From positions 34,555-98,554 of the forward strand of contig JAIPJF010000010.1 in NCBI GenBank assembly GCA_021734325.1: a stretch of DNA of 64,000 nt, in the 5' to 3' direction. The DNA comes from Fidelibacterota bacterium. Lineage in GTDB: Bacteria; Fidelibacterota; UBA8477; JABMPR01. The translations under genes were made by a program, and so were the position numbers. Positions within the stretch are counted from its first letter, which is position 1, and every line of letters starts with the position of its first letter. Under the pieces are notes generated by a model. The model ran no database searches, was not told where the DNA came from, and was given only the letters and a program-made list of their open reading frames with translations. Positions 49,095 to 58,926 of this stretch are shown piece by piece.

Positions 49095-49380
49095 AACTCG
49101 CAGTGAAATTTTAAAGACCATCCTCTATATCGGGATGATTCCAGTCGTTGCAGGTTTCTTGTTTCTCTATGTGTGGCTGGGTGAGGAAGTTAGAGCCAGC
49201 GCTGTAAAGCTGGATGAGCTGAAAGCTCAGGAAATCAGACTCCGAGGAGAGTACAATCTGGTGCAAGGTGAACGGAACCGCCTGCACAGACCGGATAATT
49301 TATCAAAACTTGCCCGGGAAAAACTGGATTTGGTCCAACCCAATCCTGAACCTCGTAAAATCAGGGTCCATTTTAAATGA
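49081..49380 (+). CDS. ftsL: cell division protein FtsL-like (small bitopic, coiled coil)
   Basis: Start assigned to ATG 49081; the supplied ORF begins at an upstream TTG. It has a single TM (ILYIGMIPVVAGFLFLYVWL) followed by a heptad-like region. Position between rsmH and ftsI. Confidence 0.6.
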   Translation: MRPNETRSEILKTILYIGMIPVVAGFLFLYVWLGEEVRASAVKLDELKAQEIRLRGEYNLVQGERNRLHRPDNLSKLAREKLDLVQPNPEPRKIRVHFK

Positions 49381-51350
49381 GCATGACCTATAAAAAATTC
49401 CGCGGCCGGTATTTTATTGTGGTCGTGACTTCCTTATTGGTCTGGACCACGCTGGTCTCCAGAATGTTTTATATTCAGGTAATCGATGTGGATCATCTCG
49501 GCGATGCTATCGAATCCCGATTTGAGGGCAAGATATCTATTCCCCCACTCCGAGGAAATTTTCTTGATCGGAATGGGAAGAAATTAACTGATAATATTGA
49601 GCAGTTCACCTTCGCAGCCCATCCTCAAAAAGTCAAGGATAAGGATGCAGTAGCCAGATTATTCAGTAAGATTTTCAACAAATCGAAGCGTTATTATTTA
49701 AATCGGCTGAATACCGACAAACCTTATGTCTACCTGGAGCGCAATGTCAACCCCGCCCTAGGTCGAGAATTGAGTCACTCCCCACTCCCTGTAGGCATTC
49801 AAGTAGAGTCAGATGTACGTAGATATTATCCCTACGGTGATGTGGCAGCTCCTCTTATAGGGTTCGTTGGCACTGATAATCACGGCCTTTCCGGACTGGA
49901 ATCGCATTTTGATCATCAACTTGCTGGTCTCAAAGGATGGAAAGAATTGGGGTCGGACGGCAAGGGGCATACCAGAATTCGAGGCGGGTTCAGAGAGCAG
50001 GAGGCCATCAATGGTGATGACTGCATGCTTACGATCGATATTGACCTGCAGGTAATCATTGAGGAAGAATTGCGAGCGGCGCTTGAAAAGCATGACGCCG
50101 ATCGGGCAATGGCAGTCCTTGTTGATCCTGCCACAGGAGAAATCCTTGCTTTAGCAAATATACCGGGGTTTGATCCGAACACCAGATCTGAACTCACACA
50201 GGCTTCACTTACCTCCCACCCAATCATGTCTGCTTTTGAACCAGGGTCCACGTTTAAAGTTGTTGGTGCGACTGCCTTGCTGGAAACTGACGAGGTGAAG
50301 CCCACTGATGTCTTTTATTGTGAAAACGGAAAATTTTCGATCCATGGAATTGATATCAGTGATTGGAAAAAATTCGAGAATCTCACCTTCGCTGAAGTCA
50401 TGCAAAATTCCTCCAATATTGGCGTTATTAAGGCAGTAGAAACTCTTGATGCCTCCACACTATTCGCTACTGCGAGAAAATATGGTTTTAGTGAAAAAAG
50501 CGGAATTCAGTTTCCTTATGAAAATGAAGGTTCTCTTAAAAACAGTAAATACTGGTCCAGCGTTTCCAAATCTGAGATATCCATTGGCTATGAGGTTTCA
50601 GTAACCAGTCTGCAATTGGCCATGGCATACTCCGCCATAGGAAATGGCGGAGTGTTACTAAAACCACAACTCATCAAATCAATTAATACTCCCGGTGGCT
50701 ATGTTCAGGAAGTCGACCATATGGATGCCATAAGAAGGGTTGCCTCAGAGCGTACGATGAGTACCCTGGCTGGAATACTCGAGAATGCCGTCTCAATGGG
50801 AACCGGGTCCAATGCATATTTACCCAACCTCAGAATAGCCGGAAAAACTGGAACGGCAAAAAAACTCAAGGATGGTAAATATGTAAGTGAATATATTGCC
50901 TCATTCGCGAGTTTCTACCCTTCAGACAATCCAGAATATACCCTGATCGTGGTTGTGGATCATCCGAGAAAGCATGGATACACAGGCGGTATGGTTGCTG
51001 CCCCAGTAGCAAAAGAGATTTATAGACGCATTTACAACCTCCGCAGCCAAAAAGCAGAACCCTACTTACAAGCTGCGAATCCTGCCGATTTATACCAGGC
51101 TGCTCCCCCCCCTCACGAAGCAATAAAAGGTCAACTACTCAGTTCTGCCATACCAGTAATGAAGGTAAACGCAGGACAGCTTGAGATGCCGGATCTGAAG
51201 GGTATGAGCATGAAGATGAGTCTTTCTGGACTTTACGCCATAGGCTTAAAACCTGTGGTCCATGGGAGTGGGCGGGTGATTCGTCAAGTTCCCTCTGCTG
51301 GAAAACCAGTGACATTCGGTCAAACTGTTGAAGTGTTTCTGGGTGATTAA
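49377..51350 (+). CDS. ftsI: peptidoglycan D,D-transpeptidase FtsI (class B PBP) with C-terminal PASTA domain
   Basis: The SxxK (STFK), SSN and KTGT motifs are present. The C-terminal ~60 aa (…MPDLKGMSMKMSLSGLYAIGLKPVVHGSGRVIRQVPSAGKPVTFGQTVEVFLG) fit the PASTA fold pattern. Confidence 0.9.
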   Translation: MSMTYKKFRGRYFIVVVTSLLVWTTLVSRMFYIQVIDVDHLGDAIESRFEGKISIPPLRGNFLDRNGKKLTDNIEQFTFAAHPQKVKDKDAVARLFSKIFNKSKRYYLNRLNTDKPYVYLERNVNPALGRELSHSPLPVGIQVESDVRRYYPYGDVAAPLIGFVGTDNHGLSGLESHFDHQLAGLKGWKELGSDGKGHTRIRGGFREQEAINGDDCMLTIDIDLQVIIEEELRAALEKHDADRAMAVLVDPATGEILALANIPGFDPNTRSELTQASLTSHPIMSAFEPGSTFKVVGATALLETDEVKPTDVFYCENGKFSIHGIDISDWKKFENLTFAEVMQNSSNIGVIKAVETLDASTLFATARKYGFSEKSGIQFPYENEGSLKNSKYWSSVSKSEISIGYEVSVTSLQLAMAYSAIGNGGVLLKPQLIKSINTPGGYVQEVDHMDAIRRVASERTMSTLAGILENAVSMGTGSNAYLPNLRIAGKTGTAKKLKDGKYVSEYIASFASFYPSDNPEYTLIVVVDHPRKHGYTGGMVAAPVAKEIYRRIYNLRSQKAEPYLQAANPADLYQAAPPPHEAIKGQLLSSAIPVMKVNAGQLEMPDLKGMSMKMSLSGLYAIGLKPVVHGSGRVIRQVPSAGKPVTFGQTVEVFLGD

Positions 51351-52822
51351 TGCAATTAATTAAACTGATCAGTGCCCTTCCCGAAATTGTAAAAAGCAAT
51401 GGCTCCATGACTTGCGAAATTTCAAGTCTATGCCATGACTCAAGAAAAGTAAAAAACAATGCCCTCTTTGTTGCAATACGTGGGCTCGTTTCAGATGGTC
51501 ATGATTTCATAGAACAGTCAATATCTCAGGGAGCAGCAGCAATTATTTATGACCGCAAGGAAATCGTGATGCCAGCCGGCGTCAATGCCGTCTGCGTCTC
51601 GGATTCTCGAATGGCCTTACCCATTCTCGCTTCTGAATTTTTCAAACATCCAGAAGAAAAACTTAAACTGATTGGAATTACTGGCACAAACGGAAAAACA
51701 ACGACCAATTATTTCATCCAGCACATCCTGTACGAATGTGGTATTAAGACAGGAAGAATTGGTACGACTGGTGCAGAATATCAGGGCATAACTGTTGATC
51801 TTATCCATACCACCCCTGAATCAAATGACCTGTACGAAATTTTATCTGGATTTGAGCAAGCTGGTGCTGAGGCTGTCACTCTAGAGGTGTCGTCTATCGC
51901 AATGGACCAGAATCGCGTGGATGGCTTGCAGTTCGACATCGCTATTTTTTCAAATCTTACCCAGGATCATCTTGATTATCACACGACATTTGAAGAATAC
52001 CTGGAAGCAAAACAATCACTTTTCAAGAATTTGAGCACCCAGGCTCTTGCTATAATCAATGGTGACGATGCCAATTCAGAGAAAATAATCAGGGATTGTC
52101 CTGCACGGATCATTCGCTACGGATTTGGAGAGAACTGTGATTACCGGATTCTAGGTCAGACCGTCACTAATTCTGGCCTTGAACTCCAGATCAAGACACC
52201 GCTTCAATCGATCACTATTCATGCGAATACTATCGGTAAATTTAACTCATACAATTTATTAAGCGCCATTGCTGCTGCACTGGAATCAGGTTGCTCGCTT
52301 GATCTGCTCGGTAAAGCTGTACAAACCCTGCCCCAGGTACCGGGGCGACTTGAGAAGATGAAAAACAATGCACCATTCAAGGTCTTTGTTGATTACGCTC
52401 ACACACCTGATGCTATGGAAACCATTTTAAGGACATTATCCGAGGCCTATCCTGGAAAAACACTAACTTCCGTTTTTGGGTGCGGTGGCGATAGGGACAA
52501 GGGGAAACGACCGATCATGGGTGAAATCGCTTCACGTCTCTCAACTACCACGATCATAACAGATGATAATCCCCGCTCCGAAGCTTCAATGGATATTATT
52601 ATGGCAATTGTGATTGGCTGTAAGGGTCGTAACAATTTTACCATCATTTCAGATCGACGTACAGCGGTATTAGCCGCCCTCGAAGGAGCAGGAACCGATG
52701 ATGTGATCGCAATCCTCGGGAAGGGACATGAACCCTACCAGGAGATCAAGGGTGAACGGCTCCCTTACAGTGATATGGATATCGTAAACAAATTTATGGA
52801 GCAGCATGGCTATTCAGCATAA
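51350..52822 (+). CDS. murE: UDP-N-acetylmuramoyl-L-alanyl-D-glutamate--2,6-diaminopimelate ligase
   Basis: HDSRKV motif, GITGTNGKTT P-loop and a DNPR motif (DDNPRSE) indicating meso-DAP specificity. Confidence 0.9.
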   Translation: MQLIKLISALPEIVKSNGSMTCEISSLCHDSRKVKNNALFVAIRGLVSDGHDFIEQSISQGAAAIIYDRKEIVMPAGVNAVCVSDSRMALPILASEFFKHPEEKLKLIGITGTNGKTTTNYFIQHILYECGIKTGRIGTTGAEYQGITVDLIHTTPESNDLYEILSGFEQAGAEAVTLEVSSIAMDQNRVDGLQFDIAIFSNLTQDHLDYHTTFEEYLEAKQSLFKNLSTQALAIINGDDANSEKIIRDCPARIIRYGFGENCDYRILGQTVTNSGLELQIKTPLQSITIHANTIGKFNSYNLLSAIAAALESGCSLDLLGKAVQTLPQVPGRLEKMKNNAPFKVFVDYAHTPDAMETILRTLSEAYPGKTLTSVFGCGGDRDKGKRPIMGEIASRLSTTTIITDDNPRSEASMDIIMAIVIGCKGRNNFTIISDRRTAVLAALEGAGTDDVIAILGKGHEPYQEIKGERLPYSDMDIVNKFMEQHGYSA

Positions 52823-54173
52823 TACAATCATGTCACTCCCTGACATTTCAATTAAGGGGCAGCTTAGTGCCCCTGTCACAGGTGTCAGTATTGATACCAG
52901 AACTTTAAATGCAGGCGACCTATTCGTCGCATTTAGTGGTGCCCAGGTGGACGGTCATGACTTTATTCCAAAAGCCATTTCCCGTGGCGCTTCAGCTGTC
53001 ATGGCCTCCACAGTCTGGGATGGATGTGAATCCTGGAATGAATCTGTCCCCCTGATCATCACCGAAGATCCAGTCAAATCTCTGGCTGATCTAAGCAGAA
53101 TGCACCGTAACCGCTTTAATATCCCCATTATTGCGATAACGGGGACAAACGGCAAGACCACGACCAAAAATCTGCTCTCACATTTTCTGGGTACAAAATA
53201 TTCAGTCCTTTCAACGATTGGTAATCTTAATAATCACATAGGTTTACCGTTGACATTACTTTCGCTGAATGAGACGCATGATTTTGCTGTCATTGAGATG
53301 GGAGCGAGTCAAAAGGGAGATATCAAATACCTTTGCGAGATCGCTCACCCGAATCAAGGTTTGATTACAAATATCAGCATGGCTCATACCGAATTCTTTC
53401 ACAATATCGACACCATTCAGCATACCAAAGGTGAATTGTTTTCATATCTGCGCGAACATGATGGCCAGATCTTTGCGAATTTGGATGATTTGAGAGTCAA
53501 ACAACTGGCTGAGAGCCTCAACACGGCAATCAGTTTTGGCTTTCACACCGGACCAGGTGTTGTCTTTGATCTGATTGAACCAGACGAGCAGGGGTTTTAC
53601 AGTTTACGCTTCAATAATAACCTTATCCATCTTCCCCAGGTTGGAAAGGCATTCGCGCTCAATGCAGCAGCAGCGATGACAATGGCCATGCATAATGGTG
53701 TTTCACAGGAGGAAATTGAAAAATCCCTGGACACCTACCGGGGGGAAGCTGGTCGTATGCAATTTTTACCAGTTAATAATATCCATTTCTACAATGATGC
53801 CTATAACGCAAATCCTGCGAGCACCAGATCAGGTATTGAGACCATTCAGGCAATGGTGGCAACCGGGAGAAAAATCCTGATCTTTGCAGATATGCTTGAA
53901 CTTGGGGATCAGAGTCGTGATTTCCACTTGCGGATCGCTGATCTCATCCTGAATGCCAAGTTTGATTTTGTATTTCTCTTCGGCCTTGAGGTAATGGTAA
54001 TTGCTCAAAAATTTGAGGATGCTGGTTATTCGACTTTTTACCACAACGTCGATAAGGCAGCGACCATACAACATTTTCTACGTCAGGTAGCTGCAGGGGA
54101 TCTGGTTTATCTCAAAGGTTCACGCAGCATGAAATTAGAGGATTTTATCACAGCATATAAGGAGAGAAACTGA
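52806..54173 (+). CDS. murF: UDP-N-acetylmuramoyl-tripeptide--D-alanyl-D-alanine ligase
   Basis: The IDTRTL motif, the ITGTNGKTTTK P-loop and the Mur ligase domain order are present. An alternative start is at 52830. Confidence 0.85.
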   Translation: MAIQHNTIMSLPDISIKGQLSAPVTGVSIDTRTLNAGDLFVAFSGAQVDGHDFIPKAISRGASAVMASTVWDGCESWNESVPLIITEDPVKSLADLSRMHRNRFNIPIIAITGTNGKTTTKNLLSHFLGTKYSVLSTIGNLNNHIGLPLTLLSLNETHDFAVIEMGASQKGDIKYLCEIAHPNQGLITNISMAHTEFFHNIDTIQHTKGELFSYLREHDGQIFANLDDLRVKQLAESLNTAISFGFHTGPGVVFDLIEPDEQGFYSLRFNNNLIHLPQVGKAFALNAAAAMTMAMHNGVSQEEIEKSLDTYRGEAGRMQFLPVNNIHFYNDAYNANPASTRSGIETIQAMVATGRKILIFADMLELGDQSRDFHLRIADLILNAKFDFVFLFGLEVMVIAQKFEDAGYSTFYHNVDKAATIQHFLRQVAAGDLVYLKGSRSMKLEDFITAYKERN

Positions 54174-55282
54174 TGCTGTATCACCTGCTCCTTCCCCTTC
54201 AGGAATATTTCTCTGCCCTGAATGTATTTCGTTACATTTCTTTTCGCTCTGCAGGTGCTGCCATGACCGCCGTCCTGTTTTCATTTCTCGTCGGCCCGTG
54301 GATCATTCGTAAGCTGCACGAGAAGCAAATTGGGGAGACCATTCGAACAAACGGCCCCAAATCGCATGATGCGAAAGCTGGCACCCCAACCATGGGTGGA
54401 TTGATTATCATCGGCGCTATCCTTGTTCCCACGCTCCTATTTGCTCGGCTTGACAACATTTACATCCAAATGATGATCGTCTCCGTCCTCTGGATGGGTA
54501 CTGTTGGATTTGTTGATGATTATTTGAAAGCAGTTCGAAAATCAAAACAAGGCCTCATTGCCCGTTATAAACTACTGGGACAGGTTTCACTCGGGATCAT
54601 CCTGGGATTTGTCATGGTACTTCATCCGGAATTTGAAGGTGTGAGCACTGCTACGACATTGCCTTTCTTTAAAGATCTGGTCATCGATCTTAAATCCTGG
54701 TGGCTATACATATCCTTCGTGATTTTTGTGGTCACTGCCACTTCGAATTCTGTGAATCTGAGTGATGGTCTTGATGGACTTGCCGCAGGATTGATGGCTA
54801 TTGCGGCCCTTGTATTTGCAGGGATTGCCTATATCACCGGTAGAGCAGATTTTAGTCAATATTTAAATATTATCTATCTCCCTAGTGCAGGAGAGCTCAC
54901 TGTCTTCTGTGCGGCCCTCATTGGAGCTTCGATGGGTTTTCTCTGGTTTAATGCCCGACCTGCAGAGGTCTTTATGGGCGATACTGGATCGTTGGCTCTG
55001 GGAGCCGCACTTGGGGCAGTGGCTGTGATGCTGAAAAAGGAATTCTTACTTCCCTTCGCAGCCGGAGTTTTCATTCTGGAATCGATCTCTGTGATCGTTC
55101 AGGTGCGCTATTTTCAATACACAAGAAAGAAGTACGGAGAGGGTCGTCGTTTGTTGCGCATGGCCCCTATTCACCATCATTTTGAACTCAAGGGGTGGGA
55201 CGAGAACAAAGTTGTCATTCGATTTTGGATCATCGGAATTCTGTTCGCATTACTCACCTTTACAACATTTAAGATCAGGTAA
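54173..55282 (+). CDS. mraY: phospho-N-acetylmuramoyl-pentapeptide transferase
   Basis: Ten-TM protein with a DD..D Mg-binding motif (VGFVDDYLK), NxxNxxDGxDGL and a PIHHHFE-type motif (APIHHHFELKGW). Confidence 0.9.
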   Translation: MLYHLLLPLQEYFSALNVFRYISFRSAGAAMTAVLFSFLVGPWIIRKLHEKQIGETIRTNGPKSHDAKAGTPTMGGLIIIGAILVPTLLFARLDNIYIQMMIVSVLWMGTVGFVDDYLKAVRKSKQGLIARYKLLGQVSLGIILGFVMVLHPEFEGVSTATTLPFFKDLVIDLKSWWLYISFVIFVVTATSNSVNLSDGLDGLAAGLMAIAALVFAGIAYITGRADFSQYLNIIYLPSAGELTVFCAALIGASMGFLWFNARPAEVFMGDTGSLALGAALGAVAVMLKKEFLLPFAAGVFILESISVIVQVRYFQYTRKKYGEGRRLLRMAPIHHHFELKGWDENKVVIRFWIIGILFALLTFTTFKIR

Positions 55283-55284
55283 TC

Positions 55285-56661
55285 GTGGATACGGCTAAAG
55301 TAAAAGATAAAAAAGTAAGCATATTAGGCAGCCAGCGGTCTGCATTAGGTGCCGCCCGTCTATTGAGCCATTTTGGTGCAAAGGTTCTGCTCAGTGAAAT
55401 AAATGCAGATCGGTTCACCAAGGAAAAAAGACAACTACTCGCAGAAATCAATGCCGAATTTGAATTTGGCTACCACTCCCAGGATGTCCTTGCCAGCGAT
55501 TTTGTGATCGCCAGCCCTGGAATACCTGAAAATGTTGATATTATTCAAAAAATTCGGGCCAAGGGCATACCCATTTATTCTGAAATTGAATTAAGTTCCT
55601 GGTTTATCGAAGCACCAATTATCGCAGTCACGGGCTCGAACGGAAAAACGACTACTGTTAATCTGATCCATCACCTCCTGCAGACTGCAGGATACGACAG
55701 TTATCTGGGTGGTAACGTTGGGGTAGCAGCTTCAGAAGTTCTCCTTGCGAGTCTTAAGGACAATCCCAAAAAACCGGTATTCGTATTAGAGGTAAGCAGT
55801 TTCCAGCTTGACAATATCAATACTTTTAAACCGAAAGTTGCGGTAATCCTTAACCTGAGCCCAGATCATTTGGATCGATACCCAACGCTTGAAGCCTACT
55901 ATGAGTCAAAATTGGGTCTATTCAGAAATCTGGATAAAGAATCAGTGGCTGTCATTAATCAGGATGATCCAGAGCTCGCCCAACGGGATATCCTTGCCGA
56001 GAATAAGCGCTATTATGCTGTCAGTAGCCCTATGGGCGCAGATGTCATGCTCGCTGAAGGTGTACTCGGTATGATGACTGAGAAAGGTTGGGAACCGATT
56101 ATTCCAGCGAGCGCACTTCCCATTCCAGGTGCCCACAATTTAAGCAATGCACTGGCCGCCATCGCTGCCGTCATGGATTTTATACACCAGCCGGAGATTA
56201 TTGCTCAGGGACTCATCACTTTCACTGCTGTACCGCATCGTATCGAGTACGTGGGTAAAGTCAATGGTATCCGGTGCTACAATGATTCCAAGGCAACCAA
56301 TATTGCCTCCACTGAGGTCGCCATCCACAGTTTCCCCCAATCAATTTGGCTTATCCTGGGTGGAAAGGATAAAGGTGGGGACTTCTCAAGCTTGATTCCC
56401 CTTATGGAACGACATGTACGTGAAGTGCTCCTGGTGGGCGCTGCTGCTGAGATAATCGAAACCCAGATAGGTCGATCCATTCCATCTTCCAAAACTGGGA
56501 CCATTGAAGCAGCTATCGAACGTTGTCTTAAGTTGGGCAAGGAAGGAGACATCCTTCTGCTCTCCCCTGCTTGTGCCAGTTTTGATCAATTTGACAATTA
56601 TGAAGCACGGGGAGACCACTTCAGATCTCTCATCAAGGCCCGGGAAGGATGGTCCATGTGA
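55285..56661 (+). CDS. murD: UDP-N-acetylmuramoylalanine--D-glutamate ligase
   Basis: GTG start. It has a Rossmann N-terminus, a VTGSNGKTT P-loop and the Mur ligase central and C-terminal domains. Confidence 0.9.
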   Translation: MDTAKVKDKKVSILGSQRSALGAARLLSHFGAKVLLSEINADRFTKEKRQLLAEINAEFEFGYHSQDVLASDFVIASPGIPENVDIIQKIRAKGIPIYSEIELSSWFIEAPIIAVTGSNGKTTTVNLIHHLLQTAGYDSYLGGNVGVAASEVLLASLKDNPKKPVFVLEVSSFQLDNINTFKPKVAVILNLSPDHLDRYPTLEAYYESKLGLFRNLDKESVAVINQDDPELAQRDILAENKRYYAVSSPMGADVMLAEGVLGMMTEKGWEPIIPASALPIPGAHNLSNALAAIAAVMDFIHQPEIIAQGLITFTAVPHRIEYVGKVNGIRCYNDSKATNIASTEVAIHSFPQSIWLILGGKDKGGDFSSLIPLMERHVREVLLVGAAAEIIETQIGRSIPSSKTGTIEAAIERCLKLGKEGDILLLSPACASFDQFDNYEARGDHFRSLIKAREGWSM

Positions 56662-57782
56662 AACGGTTTCATTTAGATAAAGTCTTGTTTATCATAGTTG
56701 TTATCCTTTTTGTGGCTGGATCGGTAGTTATGTATTCTGCTTCAACTTCCCAAAATCCTGATTCGACCCACTATTTGAAGCGTCATCTGATCAACGGGGG
56801 CATCGCCATTATTCTGGGTATCTTCTTCGCCCGTTTCCCACATCAATATTTTCGTCCACTTCGCCACGTTATTCTCCTTGGTATCTTCGTCCTACTAGGA
56901 GGTGTGCTAGTCTACAATAAGGTCAATGGATTTACCCATCCGGCGCGTTGGTTATACTTTGGTAAATTTAGCTTCCAGGTGGCAGATTTTGTGCGACTGG
57001 GGATGATCATATACATTTCCGACTACCTGCACAGGAAGCAGCACCTGCTTGCTGATTTCAAAACCAGTGTGCTTCCGATATTTGGCCTTGTGGCAACTGT
57101 TGTTGTTCTCATTGCAGTGCAACCGGATCTTTCCTCGTCATTGATGATCATGATGCTGTCACTCATTCTTTTTTATCTCGGGAATGTCCAGATCAGCCAC
57201 ATTTCAGCCTTCCTTTCCCTGGGATCTGTTACAGCTCTCGTTTACGCGTGGAGCAATGCATACATGTGGCAGCGAATCAAAACCTTTATGAGCGATAATG
57301 TTGATGTCGCTAATGAAGGATTTCAAGTCCATCACTCGCTTATGGGGCTCGCCCATGGCGGTATTGCCGGTGTTGGATTGGGAAACAGCTACGTCAAAGA
57401 CCTATTTCTTCCTGAACCGCACACTGACTTTGTATTCAGTATACTGGGTGAAGAATTTGGATTTATCGGCTCTTTTATTTTTCTATTCCTGTTTTTGCTC
57501 CTCTTTTTAAGAGGTCTGAGAATCGCACGGAATTCAGCTGACTTCTTCAGCATGCTGCTTGCAATCGGGATCAGTTTTTCACTCTTTAGTTTTGCCATGG
57601 TCAATATCGGCGTAGTCACAGGGTTTTTGCCCGTTACGGGGCTACCCTTACCCCTTATCTCCTATGGTGGATCAAACCTGATTATTACGGCTATCATGTT
57701 GGGCATCCTGTTCAATATTTCTTCAAACAATGAATCGGGGAAAATTCTTTCCTCGGAAAGGATGTTGAATCTTGAGTACTGA
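56649..57782 (+). CDS. ftsW: peptidoglycan glycosyltransferase FtsW (SEDS family)
   Basis: Ten-TM SEDS protein with conserved …PEPHTDFVFSILGEEFGFIGS… and …ISYGGSNL… motifs. Confidence 0.85.
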   Translation: MVHVKRFHLDKVLFIIVVILFVAGSVVMYSASTSQNPDSTHYLKRHLINGGIAIILGIFFARFPHQYFRPLRHVILLGIFVLLGGVLVYNKVNGFTHPARWLYFGKFSFQVADFVRLGMIIYISDYLHRKQHLLADFKTSVLPIFGLVATVVVLIAVQPDLSSSLMIMMLSLILFYLGNVQISHISAFLSLGSVTALVYAWSNAYMWQRIKTFMSDNVDVANEGFQVHHSLMGLAHGGIAGVGLGNSYVKDLFLPEPHTDFVFSILGEEFGFIGSFIFLFLFLLLFLRGLRIARNSADFFSMLLAIGISFSLFSFAMVNIGVVTGFLPVTGLPLPLISYGGSNLIITAIMLGILFNISSNNESGKILSSERMLNLEY

Positions 57783-58926
57783 TTCCTTGCATAATAATAC
57801 GCTTAGAGTGGCCATAGCCGGTGGTGGGACAGGTGGACACATTATTCCTGCACTTGCCATTGCTGAGGAATTGCAGCGTACGCTTATCGATCAGAGCGTA
57901 TTTGCCAAAGTCTCTTTCCTTTTCTTTGGGAGTGATTACGGGATGGAGACCAAAATGATTCCTGAAGCTGGATTTGAACTTGTGACCCTGCCGATACGGG
58001 GTCTTTCCCGATCAATTTCCCTTTCCGGATTTAAGCGTAACCTCATGCTTCCCGGACGCTTAGCCGTTTCCATCAATCGGGCAAACAAATCACTACGCAG
58101 TTTTAATCCTCACATTCTGGTAGGTACAGGTGGGTATGCCAGCGCCATTCCAGTACGACAAGCCCTGAGAAATCAAATTCCAGTCGTTCTGCAGGAACAG
58201 AACAGCTACCCCGGAATGGTAACCCGTCTTTTTGCAAGCAAGGCCAAACAAATTTTTCTCACCTATGAGGATGCCAAGCAATATCTCAAGGGTGCCAATA
58301 CCCTGTTGACTGGAAATCCCATCCGAGAATTTTCCACTCGTGTCAATAAACAACAGGTCGCTGATTTTTTTGGTTTGAGTCCTGAGCTTCCCACGCTTTT
58401 CATCCTAGGCGGTTCTCAGGGAGCCCGGGCGCTCAATGAGCACTTCATTCATAAGTCAGCTCTATATCTTGACAAACTTGACATGCAGATCCTCTGGCAA
58501 ACGGGAAGAACAGACTATGAGTACTGTCAACGCCATGTAGGAACAAATTCTCGAATCACGCTGGTACCCTTTATCAATGATATGGAAAAGGCCTACTCTC
58601 TGGCTGACCTTATGGTATGCCGTGCCGGGGCAATGACGCTTACTGAGATCAATCATTTTGGTCTGCCCGCAATTTTGATTCCCCTGCCCTCTGCTGCTGC
58701 AAATCATCAGGAATTTAATGCCCGGAGCCAGGAGCAGGTCGGTGCAGCCCGGGTTGTATTAGAATCTGAATTAAACGAAGGCGCCTTTCTACCAATCCTG
58801 ACTGAGATTTTCACTGATCGTGATCGCTTGATTCAAATGAGTCAGGCATCGAAAGCATTAAGAAAGCCTGATGCCGCAAAAGAAATATGTAACTCTATCT
58901 TAAGGATTGTTAACTCCTGTGTTTAA
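57772..58926 (+). CDS. murG: undecaprenyldiphospho-muramoylpentapeptide beta-N-acetylglucosaminyltransferase
   Basis: AGGGTGGHIIPALAIA G-loop near the N-terminus and a GT28 C-terminal domain. The start is uncertain (TTG 57772 or GTG ~57811). Confidence 0.85.
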   Translation: MSTDSLHNNTLRVAIAGGGTGGHIIPALAIAEELQRTLIDQSVFAKVSFLFFGSDYGMETKMIPEAGFELVTLPIRGLSRSISLSGFKRNLMLPGRLAVSINRANKSLRSFNPHILVGTGGYASAIPVRQALRNQIPVVLQEQNSYPGMVTRLFASKAKQIFLTYEDAKQYLKGANTLLTGNPIREFSTRVNKQQVADFFGLSPELPTLFILGGSQGARALNEHFIHKSALYLDKLDMQILWQTGRTDYEYCQRHVGTNSRITLVPFINDMEKAYSLADLMVCRAGAMTLTEINHFGLPAILIPLPSAAANHQEFNARSQEQVGAARVVLESELNEGAFLPILTEIFTDRDRLIQMSQASKALRKPDAAKEICNSILRIVNSCV

